A DNA stretch of 64,000 bases from Syntrophorhabdaceae bacterium (GTDB lineage Bacteria; Desulfobacterota; Syntrophorhabdia; Syntrophorhabdales; Syntrophorhabdaceae). Every line of letters begins with the position of its first letter. Within the stretch, counting starts at the first letter, position 1. The DNA lies in the NCBI GenBank assembly GCA_963666485.2, contig CAXXUO010000009.1:224001-288000 (forward strand), given 5' to 3'. The position numbers and the translations under genes were made by a program. Of the stretch, positions 21,458 through 30,683 are shown one piece after another. Below the pieces are notes generated by a model, which was not told the DNA's origin, did not search any database, and worked only from the letters and a program-made list of their open reading frames with translations.

Positions 21458-22294
21458 GTGAAAAAGATATTATCGGCGATGGCGGTTTTAGCACTGCTTA
21501 TCGTATGTCAAACAGGTCATTCAACGGTCATCTGGCAGGAAAATTTCGACGGGTTTACGCGCGACTACAGTTGCTCTCTTGCGGACTGTTCGCTCAATCC
21601 CGGTCTCCCGGCGGGATACGTCGGCTTCGGTTCGAACACCCTTTGCAAGAACTACGGCCAGCCCAACGCCCAGATCGTGGCCGCCGCCGAGCGGTCGAAC
21701 CCGGGCCAGACGAACAAGCGCGGTTTTCGCATAAACCTGGAGGAACAATGCTGGCCCACCGGGGAGAACATACTGAAAAAAGACCTGGGCAAGAATTATA
21801 CCCTTCTCTACCTTCGCTGGTACCAGAGGGACTCCGCAAAGTCTTTCTCCAATTTTCAGAAGCTCTTCCGCCTGAAACAGTCGAACGGCCAGATCATCAT
21901 CCCTGAGTTTCAGGTCAACGGCAGCAACGTCCAGATGAATCTCTGGGACGCACAGACCAACAGCAACCACTTTTTCACGGGATACAGCCTCAACACCCAG
22001 TACACCGTCAATACATGGGTCTGCTACGAGATCAAGATCGACCTCGTCAACAAACAGGCGGAGTTCTGGGTCAACGGTGTTTCGAAGGGAACACTGAACG
22101 CCACCTGGTGGCCGTCGGGATGGTACGTACGGTATATCGAGATCGGCGGCAACCAGTACGGACAATCGTGGGTATACCCGGTGGAGCAGACGCGCGACTA
22201 TGATGACATCGTCGTCGCCGACTCATATGTCGGGCCCATGGGCCCTCCTGCTTCAGCAGTTCCGGTACCGCAGAACCTCAGGGTCGTGCCTTAA
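21458..22294 (+). CDS. Secreted beta-jelly-roll protein (polysaccharide lyase/LamG-like, uncertain)
   Basis: AAGGAGG RBS with GTG start; signal peptide; LYLRWY, QKLFR, WVCYEIKI, EFWVNG, YDDIVVAD pattern. Confidence 0.7.
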   Translation: MKKILSAMAVLALLIVCQTGHSTVIWQENFDGFTRDYSCSLADCSLNPGLPAGYVGFGSNTLCKNYGQPNAQIVAAAERSNPGQTNKRGFRINLEEQCWPTGENILKKDLGKNYTLLYLRWYQRDSAKSFSNFQKLFRLKQSNGQIIIPEFQVNGSNVQMNLWDAQTNSNHFFTGYSLNTQYTVNTWVCYEIKIDLVNKQAEFWVNGVSKGTLNATWWPSGWYVRYIEIGGNQYGQSWVYPVEQTRDYDDIVVADSYVGPMGPPASAVPVPQNLRVVP

Positions 22295-22315
22295 CCTGAT
22301 CGCAGTCAATACCGG

Positions 22316-22354
22316 CCGGGACCGCGGGCGATGCCGCTGTCCCGGTCTTTTTTT
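22316..22354 (+). terminator. Rho-independent terminator between convergent genes
   Basis: ccgggaccgcgg...ccgctgtcccgg hairpin followed by a T7 run. Confidence 0.8.
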
Positions 22355-22374
22355 GCGTGACCCTCCGCGGATAC

Positions 22375-23169
22375 CTATTTCCGGACCTTGATAAGGAGGC
22401 CGTGCGAAAAACGCCTGAAGAACGGACTGTTCCTTTTTTCAAACATCATCTTTCCGATGCCGACCGATAATTTCGGAAGCAAGATATCGACGAACGGGAC
22501 TCTGAAATCATAGTGTTCCAGGGAGAGGATATCGAGCCTGCTCAAGGCAACATCCTTCAGGAATTTTTTCCGTGATGAAAAATTGAATTGAAAATTTATG
22601 TCATCGTACCTCTTGCCAAAGACTATCGATTTCAGCCGGTGATAAAGCGGCACGAACATCCGGTACATGGCAGGCCAGCGGATATTGTTTATCTGGATGA
22701 TGGCATGGCCTCCCGGTTTGAGCACCCGGTATATCTCGTTGAGGACCTGTTTATGATCGCTGACGTAACACATGAGGCCTATCGAGAGGACCATATCCAT
22801 ACAATTACTTGCAAAAGGGATCTCCGAGGCGTTGCTCACAACGAAATGGGACGATGCGGCCATTCGGCCGGGCCCGGCGGCCTCGCGGGCTTTTTCTATC
22901 ATTTCCCGCGACAGGTCTGCGCTGAATACGGTATGTCCCCTGTCTATCAAGCCGCGTGTCAGGATGCCGGGCCCGCAACCGACGTCAAGGATGCGGGACG
23001 GCAGGATCGAGGCCATGCCCAGGATTATCTCCTTGCGCGTCAGGTAGGCGAGTCCCTCACATGTATTGGAATGGTAGCGTTCCCTCTGGTATTTCGCCGC
23101 GTCGCGGTCGTGAAAATTTCTGACATTCCTGAGATGCTCCTCGATCTTTACAGTGTGCTGTCGCATCAT
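22375..23169 (-). CDS. Class I SAM-dependent methyltransferase
   Basis: ILDVGCGPG, DLSREMI, EIYRVLKPGG; start taken at MMRQ. Confidence 0.88.
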   Translation of the reverse strand: MMRQHTVKIEEHLRNVRNFHDRDAAKYQRERYHSNTCEGLAYLTRKEIILGMASILPSRILDVGCGPGILTRGLIDRGHTVFSADLSREMIEKAREAAGPGRMAASSHFVVSNASEIPFASNCMDMVLSIGLMCYVSDHKQVLNEIYRVLKPGGHAIIQINNIRWPAMYRMFVPLYHRLKSIVFGKRYDDINFQFNFSSRKKFLKDVALSRLDILSLEHYDFRVPFVDILLPKLSVGIGKMMFEKRNSPFFRRFSHGLLIKVRK

Positions 23170-23219
23170 GTGACCATCCCCGGGTATTAAATGACCCCTC
23201 AGCTTATTTTCCCCTGAAC

Positions 23220-24410
23220 CTATGCCCTTCCCGAACGGCCCCACTGTTTCGCGCGCATACCCGACAACCCGAGAATGTCGATGCACCCTTTCCACAGGAG
23301 AAAGAAGGGCGCAAAACCAAGGGCTCTGAGGAAGGAGAACACGGGCATTCTTGCGAGGTGCATGCCGCTCGCAAAATACCCGAGCTCAAGCAATATCAGC
23401 ACGAAAAGCCAGGCGATCACACCGGGTACCGGGTGGAATATATGGATCAAGAGCGCGGCGGCAAAAAGGGCAACGCTCAGGTTGACCATGAGGGAAAGGT
23501 TCGGCAGCAAAAGGGGGAAGGATGCATCGATGATCCTCACATCCCGTGCCTTGAGCCCCTGCGCGAGAAGCCTGATCCCGAATCTCCGTGCGACCTCGAA
23601 GCGCCCCGAAGACCAGCGCAGCCGCTGGCGTGACGCATGCTGCAGGTCTTTCGATTCCTGGTGATATAACCGGGAATTCACAGCGAACCCGACCGGCTCC
23701 CCATGGCCGGCAAGGATGGCGTAATATTCATAATCCTCGGCCATGGTCCCTGTTGCCCATGGGTGACGTTCAAGAAGGCTGGTCCTAAAGCACATGCCGT
23801 TTCCCATGAGGTACGATGACAGGCCGATCCTGTATTTGGCCTCATGGTACAGCAGGTTGTTTATGGTCCGCGAAAGATGGATCACGCGGGTAAAAGCCGT
23901 CTCCGACGAATTGGCGAGGCAGTTGTTGCACTGCACAGCATTGCTCCCGGCGTTGAGCGCCTCATCCAGGCCATGGAAAAATCCGGGATCGATAATGTTG
24001 TCTGCATCGGCAATGACGACGGCATCGAATGGCGCGAGGTCGAGGACCTTGAGCGCCCACTCGATCGCGAAGCCTTTTCCTCTTTTGGCTTCATCATACC
24101 TCGCGAGGACCTTTGCGCCGCACCGCCGGGCCACGAGGGCGGTATGATCGGTACAGTTGTCCGCTATGACGCAGGTATCGAATTTCGCCCGATCGTAATC
24201 GATGCTCCTTAAGCTCATCAGGATGCGCTCTATTATACCCTCTTCGTTATAGGCGGGCACGAGAAGAAGGTACCGGTGTTCGCGCTGTCCGGCCGGGGAT
24301 ATCTCCCTGCCCTTCACAAGGAAATAGGCCGCGGCCAGGGAAACATAGTAAAGAACGCTGAACGACAGGTAGATGAGCGGCACTGCGAGCGCGAAGCCAA
24401 CGATAGACAC
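23220..24410 (-). CDS. Membrane glycosyltransferase family 2
   Basis: LVPAYNEE, ADNCTD, GKGFA, ADAD, AED, QRLRW, plus TM helices. Confidence 0.92.
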   Translation of the reverse strand: MSIVGFALAVPLIYLSFSVLYYVSLAAAYFLVKGREISPAGQREHRYLLLVPAYNEEGIIERILMSLRSIDYDRAKFDTCVIADNCTDHTALVARRCGAKVLARYDEAKRGKGFAIEWALKVLDLAPFDAVVIADADNIIDPGFFHGLDEALNAGSNAVQCNNCLANSSETAFTRVIHLSRTINNLLYHEAKYRIGLSSYLMGNGMCFRTSLLERHPWATGTMAEDYEYYAILAGHGEPVGFAVNSRLYHQESKDLQHASRQRLRWSSGRFEVARRFGIRLLAQGLKARDVRIIDASFPLLLPNLSLMVNLSVALFAAALLIHIFHPVPGVIAWLFVLILLELGYFASGMHLARMPVFSFLRALGFAPFFLLWKGCIDILGLSGMRAKQWGRSGRA

Positions 24411-24428
24411 TTAAGGCACTCTCCTTGT

Positions 24429-26543
24429 TCAGGTATTCTGTTTAAACCAGCGAAACGTCCGGCTGAGTCCCACATTGAGCGGCACTTTCGGGGACCATGA
24501 AATCGCCTTCTTGATCTTCTCATTGCTGAAATCGATCTCGGCTGATGCGGAGTCCAGGCGGTAACGGGTCAATACCGGGTTTTTCTTCAACATTGAAAAG
24601 GCTATCTCCTGGAAATGGACGAGCGATTTAACCAGCCAGTAAGGCAGCGCAACCGAGCGGGATGACGGGAACAACTCCTTCGCAAGTTTGTGCACGTAGT
24701 CCCGCTTTGTAATGACCTCGTCGTCGATGACGTTGAACGTATGCCCGGCGGACCTTTCATTTTCGATGCACAGGATAATGGCATCGACAAGGTTATCGAT
24801 GTATACCAGCGGGAGCTTCATTTTCTTTTTCCCGAGTATCATAAAGATCTTGTTGAAAAGCGAGATCCCGATAAGCGGGGTGAAGACGGGGCCGCGCGGC
24901 CCGTAGATCGTCGCGGGCCTCAATATGACCGTGGGGACCCTGCCGTTCCCGTTCACCGCCATGAGGCCTCGTGCGGCGTTCTCCGCCAGGAGTTTCGAGT
25001 AGGTATAAAAACCCCGCGCGGAAGGGTCCTTCTCGAGCCTGCCATCCTCGGCGACAAGTGAGCCCTTCTTGAGGCCGGCCATCTGGTACACGCTCATCGA
25101 GCTGATATAGATCACCCTGCGCACCTTGAGTTGGTGCGATAACCGCATCACCCTCTCCGTTCCCTGCACCGTCGTGGCGTCAAAGGCGTCCCAGTCGCCC
25201 TCCTGGGCGGCGGCGGCGTGCACGACGTAATCCATCCCGTCAATCGCCTCGGCTACGGCGAGTTCATCACGCAGGTCCCCGTAATGCACCTCCACGCCAA
25301 GCTGTCTGAACACATCGATGCTTGTCAGTTTCCGGACAAGGACCCGTACGGAATATCCTTTTTCGACGAGCACTTCGGTCAGCCTTTGGCCAAGAAAACC
25401 GCCCGCACCGGTTACAAGGACCCGTTCCCTGCCCGGTACCGCCGTTTCACGCGTTGAAGCAATGACATCATCGAAAACAGGGTGCAGGCGTCCCGCATCT
25501 TTCCATACCGAATCCATGACCTCGAGCACTTGAAGGGCGCTCTTGCGGCTCACGGGCGGTTCGGAGGAATGCAGAATGGAATCGTAAAAGCCGTGTATGC
25601 AGTTTCTCATCCCGGAATACGGCTTCAACGCGCCTGTCACGAACCGGTACACATTGGACACGGTCTGGGTCGTCAATCCTTTCGCCGCTCCGATATTGGA
25701 CACTATTTTTGTGACGGCCCCCGGTAATCCCGCATGGCGATTGGCGATCATGGTCATATTGTTGAAGTCGACGTTGATGATCGCCTTTTTATGATAGATC
25801 TTCAGGAAATGCTGGTACGGACGGGAATTGAAAGAGACCGTGAGCTTGCCGACGGCATTTTCTCCGTTGACCATGATATGGAGCTCGTCCGACAGTCCCT
25901 GGATCAGCGTTCCGCACGAGCGGGACATGGTTTGGACGTTTAGGGGCCTTCCAATATATTCGAGCAACAGGTACAGGGGGTGCGTGAGAAAATCATGGAA
26001 AAGGCCCCCGGGCAGGGAATATATCCAGGATATCTCGTTAGGTTTCCTGTAGCCCATGATCTCGGGGATATGGGGATTGATCCCGTAATAGCTTTCCACG
26101 TATGAAATGTCTTCGAACCTAAGGCCTTTCAGGACATCTTTTGCCTTGAGCATCCACGGATCGAACAGGTGGTTGTGATCGACGCACAGTCTGACCCCGT
26201 TTTTTTCGGCAATATCGAACAGCCTCTGCGCCGTTGCAAGATCGAGTGCCACCGGTTTCTCGACAAAGACATGATTCCCGAGTTCCATGGCAGCAGCCGC
26301 AAGGGACGCATGCGTCTGCGGCGGTGTCGCTATGTGAATGACGTTTGTCGATTCTTTCCGGATCATCTCCCCGATATCCGTATAGCAATGCTCTACACCG
26401 TACACCGTGCGCGCTTTTTCAAGGGCCTTTTCGTCCCTGTCAGCTACGGCACACAATAACGCATTCGGATAGGACCCGACGAACGCGTGATGAAAATGAA
26501 ATATTGTTCCACATCCGGCAATCCCTACTCTCAGCTTATCCAT
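24429..26543 (-). CDS. Fused Gfo/Idh/MocA oxidoreductase and NAD-dependent epimerase/dehydratase (extended SDR)
   Basis: N-half GIAGCG, TPPQTH, VEKP; C-half TGAGGFLG, YTYSK, LRPATIYGP. Confidence 0.88.
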   Translation of the reverse strand: MDKLRVGIAGCGTIFHFHHAFVGSYPNALLCAVADRDEKALEKARTVYGVEHCYTDIGEMIRKESTNVIHIATPPQTHASLAAAAMELGNHVFVEKPVALDLATAQRLFDIAEKNGVRLCVDHNHLFDPWMLKAKDVLKGLRFEDISYVESYYGINPHIPEIMGYRKPNEISWIYSLPGGLFHDFLTHPLYLLLEYIGRPLNVQTMSRSCGTLIQGLSDELHIMVNGENAVGKLTVSFNSRPYQHFLKIYHKKAIINVDFNNMTMIANRHAGLPGAVTKIVSNIGAAKGLTTQTVSNVYRFVTGALKPYSGMRNCIHGFYDSILHSSEPPVSRKSALQVLEVMDSVWKDAGRLHPVFDDVIASTRETAVPGRERVLVTGAGGFLGQRLTEVLVEKGYSVRVLVRKLTSIDVFRQLGVEVHYGDLRDELAVAEAIDGMDYVVHAAAAQEGDWDAFDATTVQGTERVMRLSHQLKVRRVIYISSMSVYQMAGLKKGSLVAEDGRLEKDPSARGFYTYSKLLAENAARGLMAVNGNGRVPTVILRPATIYGPRGPVFTPLIGISLFNKIFMILGKKKMKLPLVYIDNLVDAIILCIENERSAGHTFNVIDDEVITKRDYVHKLAKELFPSSRSVALPYWLVKSLVHFQEIAFSMLKKNPVLTRYRLDSASAEIDFSNEKIKKAISWSPKVPLNVGLSRTFRWFKQNT

Positions 26544-27669
26544 CAATATCTTCCCCCTTGTGTCCCAGCACGGACATGTAGCAGTCCTGTATCTTTTGTA
26601 TCCATGACGAGCGATTGAAATCGCGCCGGACAACGTCCCGGGCATTGCGCGATATTGCCAGGTATTTTTCCCTGTTGACGACGAGTGACTCCACCGCCTT
26701 GCCGAGGGCTGCCATGTCCCCGGCATCGACGATGAGCCCGTTGACCCCGTCTTTAATTATCTCGGGCATGCCGCCCACGCGTGTCGAGACGACGGGGATG
26801 CCGTGCCGCATAGCTTCAAGCGCGGTAAGCGGTATACCTTCCATGGTCGACGAGATGACGAGAATGTCGAGCGACCTGTATATGCTTTCCATCTCATCGA
26901 CAAAACCGGTGAACCGTACTTTTCCGTCGAGCTTCAACCTGACGGTGAGGCCCTCGAGGCACTCCCGCTCGGGGCCGTCACCGACGACGACAAATTTGAG
27001 GTGGTTATACCTGCCCGCGAGGCAACGCGCTACGTCGAGAAATCCGGGGATGTTCTTTTCCGGACTCAACCGCCCGACGATCCCGATGAGGAAGTCACCT
27101 TCCGGTTCTGTCACGGCAACATGCCTCTGCCCGGTATCGATGAGATCGACAGCGTTCCGTACGGTCGCCATCTTTTCCCCGGCAATCCCGCTTTTGAGCA
27201 GTTCCTCGCCGATATGGTCCGACACGGGCAGGATGCGGTCGAAATAACGAAGCGCGATCAGGTCGGCATGGCCATAGAGGCGCAGCCGCGAGTTTATCGG
27301 GACAAACCCGTGGATGGTTGCAACAATGGGCCGTGACGATATCCGTGCGGCGAAAAGCCCGATAATGTCCGACCGGTATCCATGCGTATGGATAATATCC
27401 ACGTCCCGGGTGCGGATAAGTTTGATGACCCGCGGTATGTTGTCGACATCGATGGTCCGTTTCAACCAGAAAATTGTGCAGGGTATCTGTCTTTCCCGCA
27501 GCCGTGCCACGAACTCATTCTGAGGAAAGTGTGTATTTACGAAAGCGCCGACGATTATGTTGAACCGTGTCCGGTCTATAGACTCGGCCAGGTTGAGGAC
27601 GACCCGTTCGGCGCCCCCGAAATGCGTCGGGGCGATAAGGTGAAGCACCGTCAAAGCGTCAGGGTGCAA
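26536..27669 (-). CDS. Glycosyltransferase family 4
   Basis: Own TTG start behind TAAGGA; GGAERV, HTHGYRS, VGRLSPEKN, EGIPLTALEAM. The ORF track shows it fused to the upstream acyltransferase. Confidence 0.88.
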   Translation of the reverse strand: MHPDALTVLHLIAPTHFGGAERVVLNLAESIDRTRFNIIVGAFVNTHFPQNEFVARLRERQIPCTIFWLKRTIDVDNIPRVIKLIRTRDVDIIHTHGYRSDIIGLFAARISSRPIVATIHGFVPINSRLRLYGHADLIALRYFDRILPVSDHIGEELLKSGIAGEKMATVRNAVDLIDTGQRHVAVTEPEGDFLIGIVGRLSPEKNIPGFLDVARCLAGRYNHLKFVVVGDGPERECLEGLTVRLKLDGKVRFTGFVDEMESIYRSLDILVISSTMEGIPLTALEAMRHGIPVVSTRVGGMPEIIKDGVNGLIVDAGDMAALGKAVESLVVNREKYLAISRNARDVVRRDFNRSSWIQKIQDCYMSVLGHKGEDIDG

Positions 27670-27674
27670 TGTCC

Positions 27675-28290
27675 TTAGAGTGTCGCCGCCGATATGTTGA
27701 GGTTCGGCCTGCCAGTTTGCCATCCTTCCACCTTCCTGATGATTCGTGCAGGGTTGCCTGCAGCGAGCGTGTTTGCCGGGATATCCTTTGTCACAACCGA
27801 GCCCGCGGCCACAACGGCCCCCCTTCCCGATAGTGACGCCTTTGAGTATTATGGTCCTGCACCCGATCCAGGCCCCGCTACCGATAACGACCGGCTTTAC
27901 GTCCTCCGGTTCTCTCCCGGTAGAATGGTAATCGCGGTCCATGATGACGCAATCCCATGCTATGATCGTTCCGTCCCCTATATCAACGAGCCTCCCCGCA
28001 TGGATCTCTGTCCGGTCCCCGATGGAACAGTGTTTCCCGATCCTTATCGAAGCCTTCCCGCCGCCCGTGCCCTGACACGACAGCTTGACGCCGGGCCAGA
28101 GATCGGTCAATTCACCGACCGAAACCGTTCCATTTGTCACGAGGACCTTGAGCCTGCCCCGCACGGATATCAGGGCGGTCTTTTCGAAACGCAGGGAGTT
28201 CAGGTACCCCCATGCGAAACGCATGCTGTCCGCAATCAAAGTCCTGAATGGTCTTGTCTTCAATTTCTTGACCAGGCGGTGAGGGTCCAT
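27675..28290 (-). pseudogene. Hexapeptide-repeat O-acetyltransferase interrupted by a +1 G (or a sequencing error)
   Basis: IGKHCSIG...DRDYH...IGSGAWIG...GVTIGKG. The expected [28 protein letters not shown] tail lies in the shifted frame after G6 at 27818-27823; span 616 nt = 3n+1. Confidence 0.85.
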
Positions 28291-28291
28291 G

Positions 28292-29485
28292 CTATTCCCA
28301 GATGCCCTCGAGCGAATCATGCGATGCCGGGTGAAGGGTCCTCTGCCCTATGATCTTTGCGAGAAAGTCTATCCCGAACGTGAAAAAAGGGAGAGGGTCG
28401 CGCAGGCAGAGGTCATCGAAGACTCTGCTTTTCCCGAACATGCGAATATATTCCTTCAGGAAAGCGATCTTGTCGCGTGCGGATCTGAATGCATCGGGAA
28501 ATGTTCGCAAATCTCCCCACACCCAGCGCGTTACCACTCCCTTTTCGTAATCTTCGACCGCGTCCGTGTCGCCATCCAGCGCTATCCTGTATAAAAGGTG
28601 CGGGAAGTCGACACCGCTCGCGATGCCCTGGACGAGCGACCCCCAGAACCGCGGATTGATATCGATAAGATAGGGGGTCCCTGTGCCCTCTTCGACGATG
28701 AAATCCGCCTGGCATATCCCGTGCCAGGCTAGTTTCTCGAGCAACCTTCCGAAATGGCCCGCCGCGGCGGGACTGTCGATGCTCACCCTTAGGGTTGCCT
28801 GTCCCCCGGTGAAGGGAAGATCTCGTAACTGCCGGTAAACAACGTGGCCCTTCCGACGGCCGTGATTGAAAAGCATCCCGACACAGTGGACGGGCCCGCG
28901 TATTCTTTCCTGCACACAAAACCTCTCCCAGGGACGGTTCAAATAGGTGTCACGCGAAAGAAAAGCATCAAGCTGAGCGGGCGTTTCTACGTGAGAGATC
29001 CCCCATGCACCACCACCCTGGTACGGTTTGATGAGGAGCGGAAAATGAAGCCTTGAGCGGTCGAACCCGTTACCTCTCAACGTCTTTATGGAAATGGTCC
29101 GCGGCACCGGTATACCAAGCGACTCAGCGAGTGGCATCCACCGGTCCTTGTTGTGCGCAGTAAGCACCTGGTCGTAGTCGGGGATCGCCATTGCCACATG
29201 GGCGGACACGATATCCCTGCATTTTGAAAGCAGGAAGGTCTCCTCAAAGACCGGCATCAGGACCCGGGCTTTGAAACGGCGAACGTTCTCGATGATACAG
29301 TCGATGAAGGACCTCTGTTCGCTAAACGGAGAGGGGTAAATAAAATGCCCTTTCGAGAACCGGGAGGCGAAGGACATGGACATGGGCACAAAATCGGCCG
29401 TGTAGACATCGATGCCCTTCTGGCCGAGGCTCCTGACGATGGTATAGGCGATCCTGTTCTTCGCGTTCGTCACTATGACACTCAT
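28292..29485 (-). CDS. ATP-grasp domain protein (carboxylate-amine ligase-like)
   Basis: FPLLIKPYQGGGAWG, VQERI, WHGICQADF, IDINPRFWGS; start may be GTG 29503. Confidence 0.88.
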   Translation of the reverse strand: MSVIVTNAKNRIAYTIVRSLGQKGIDVYTADFVPMSMSFASRFSKGHFIYPSPFSEQRSFIDCIIENVRRFKARVLMPVFEETFLLSKCRDIVSAHVAMAIPDYDQVLTAHNKDRWMPLAESLGIPVPRTISIKTLRGNGFDRSRLHFPLLIKPYQGGGAWGISHVETPAQLDAFLSRDTYLNRPWERFCVQERIRGPVHCVGMLFNHGRRKGHVVYRQLRDLPFTGGQATLRVSIDSPAAAGHFGRLLEKLAWHGICQADFIVEEGTGTPYLIDINPRFWGSLVQGIASGVDFPHLLYRIALDGDTDAVEDYEKGVVTRWVWGDLRTFPDAFRSARDKIAFLKEYIRMFGKSRVFDDLCLRDPLPFFTFGIDFLAKIIGQRTLHPASHDSLEGIWE

Positions 29486-29489
29486 CTTC

Positions 29490-30683
29490 TCACTTCGAGG
29501 CACAGAGCTTTCTCTTGAGCATGTTGCCTATATGCTCCTTCCACTGATAATAGAAAGGACGCACGTCCCTGCGGTCGAATATCGCGAAGTATTTTCGGCC
29601 TATGTACGGGCGCACATAATCCCACAGGGAGAGGGTTTCCAAACTGTGATTGAGGGCCGTGTGCAGGACGTCCTTGTATTCATGTATCCAGTAGACGTTT
29701 TCCCTGAACGAGTCGGCCCTGATCTTTTCGTTCCTGACGAGGTCCGCATATTGGATGTAGGGAAAATTGATACCGCAGGCCGTGCAGAGCCCTATCCAGA
29801 ATATGTACCTGGGGTTGATCTCGATGAGCTTGTAAACGCCTTCGCGGGGGTCGTACTTCCACTCTATCTCGGAGAACCCGTAGTAACCGAGGCCGGTGAG
29901 GAGTTTGCGGCTTTGCCCGTCGAGACCGGGGATCCTTTCGCTCTTCGCGATCCTTCCCTGACCGTATCGCGGCGGGTCCTGCCGCACCTTCCTCGATGTC
30001 ATAGAGGCGAGCATTTCTCCCGACTGGTCGATGTAAGATACATATTGAACCATCTGCCGGCTGTCGGGCCCGGGGATGATCTCGCATATCATGAGATTGA
30101 ACTCATCCGAGGTAAACTCGCCGGTAAGCTTCCTGTAGTTTCGTACGAGATCGTCGAAGGAATTCACCTCTACCATCTTGAAATCGAATTTCCTGAAAAA
30201 AAGGTGGCCCAGGCCGGGCTTTACCAAGCAGGGAAAGGTGATCTTTCCCTCAAGCGCCTCGAGTTCCCCGGGGGACCTCGGGGCAAAGATATTGGGAACG
30301 GCAATACCCAATCCCGACGCTGTGGCGTACAGGTTCTTCTTGTTGACGACCCGGTCTATGACGTCCCGGTCGGGTGTGGGCACCAGGTAATGCTGTTTCA
30401 GGACGTCCTTGTGCTGCGCAAGGAATTCGACGCCGTAATCCTTGGTAGGAATGATGAGGGTCCCCGACCACTCGCCGGCCTTTTCGAGGAGCAGATCGAG
30501 AAGCAGCCCTGGTTTCTCTATAAAATCCGGAATCTTGACGGAGTCAATGACATATTTCGAATGCCTGCCGATCTCCGCATGTTCTCTGTCATAGATGACA
30601 ATACTGTGGACACCGTGTCTGGCCAGTGCCTTGATGACCTGGTAGCCCAGTTCGGTTGCGTTGATCAGGATCACTTTATCCAT
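29490..30683 (-). CDS. ATP-grasp carboxylate-amine ligase (D-aspartate ligase-like)
   Basis: FPCLVKP, CEIIPGPD, KVRQDP, GFSEIEWKYDPREG.YKLIEINPR. Confidence 0.88.
   Translation of the reverse strand: MDKVILINATELGYQVIKALARHGVHSIVIYDREHAEIGRHSKYVIDSVKIPDFIEKPGLLLDLLLEKAGEWSGTLIIPTKDYGVEFLAQHKDVLKQHYLVPTPDRDVIDRVVNKKNLYATASGLGIAVPNIFAPRSPGELEALEGKITFPCLVKPGLGHLFFRKFDFKMVEVNSFDDLVRNYRKLTGEFTSDEFNLMICEIIPGPDSRQMVQYVSYIDQSGEMLASMTSRKVRQDPPRYGQGRIAKSERIPGLDGQSRKLLTGLGYYGFSEIEWKYDPREGVYKLIEINPRYIFWIGLCTACGINFPYIQYADLVRNEKIRADSFRENVYWIHEYKDVLHTALNHSLETLSLWDYVRPYIGRKYFAIFDRRDVRPFYYQWKEHIGNMLKRKLCASK

Noticed and set aside
26536..28320. 594-aa acyltransferase-GT4 fusion as a genuine evolved protein
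   Set aside because: The junction is out-of-frame sequence. The canonical acetyltransferase tail is in the shifted frame and the GT4 has its own RBS and start.
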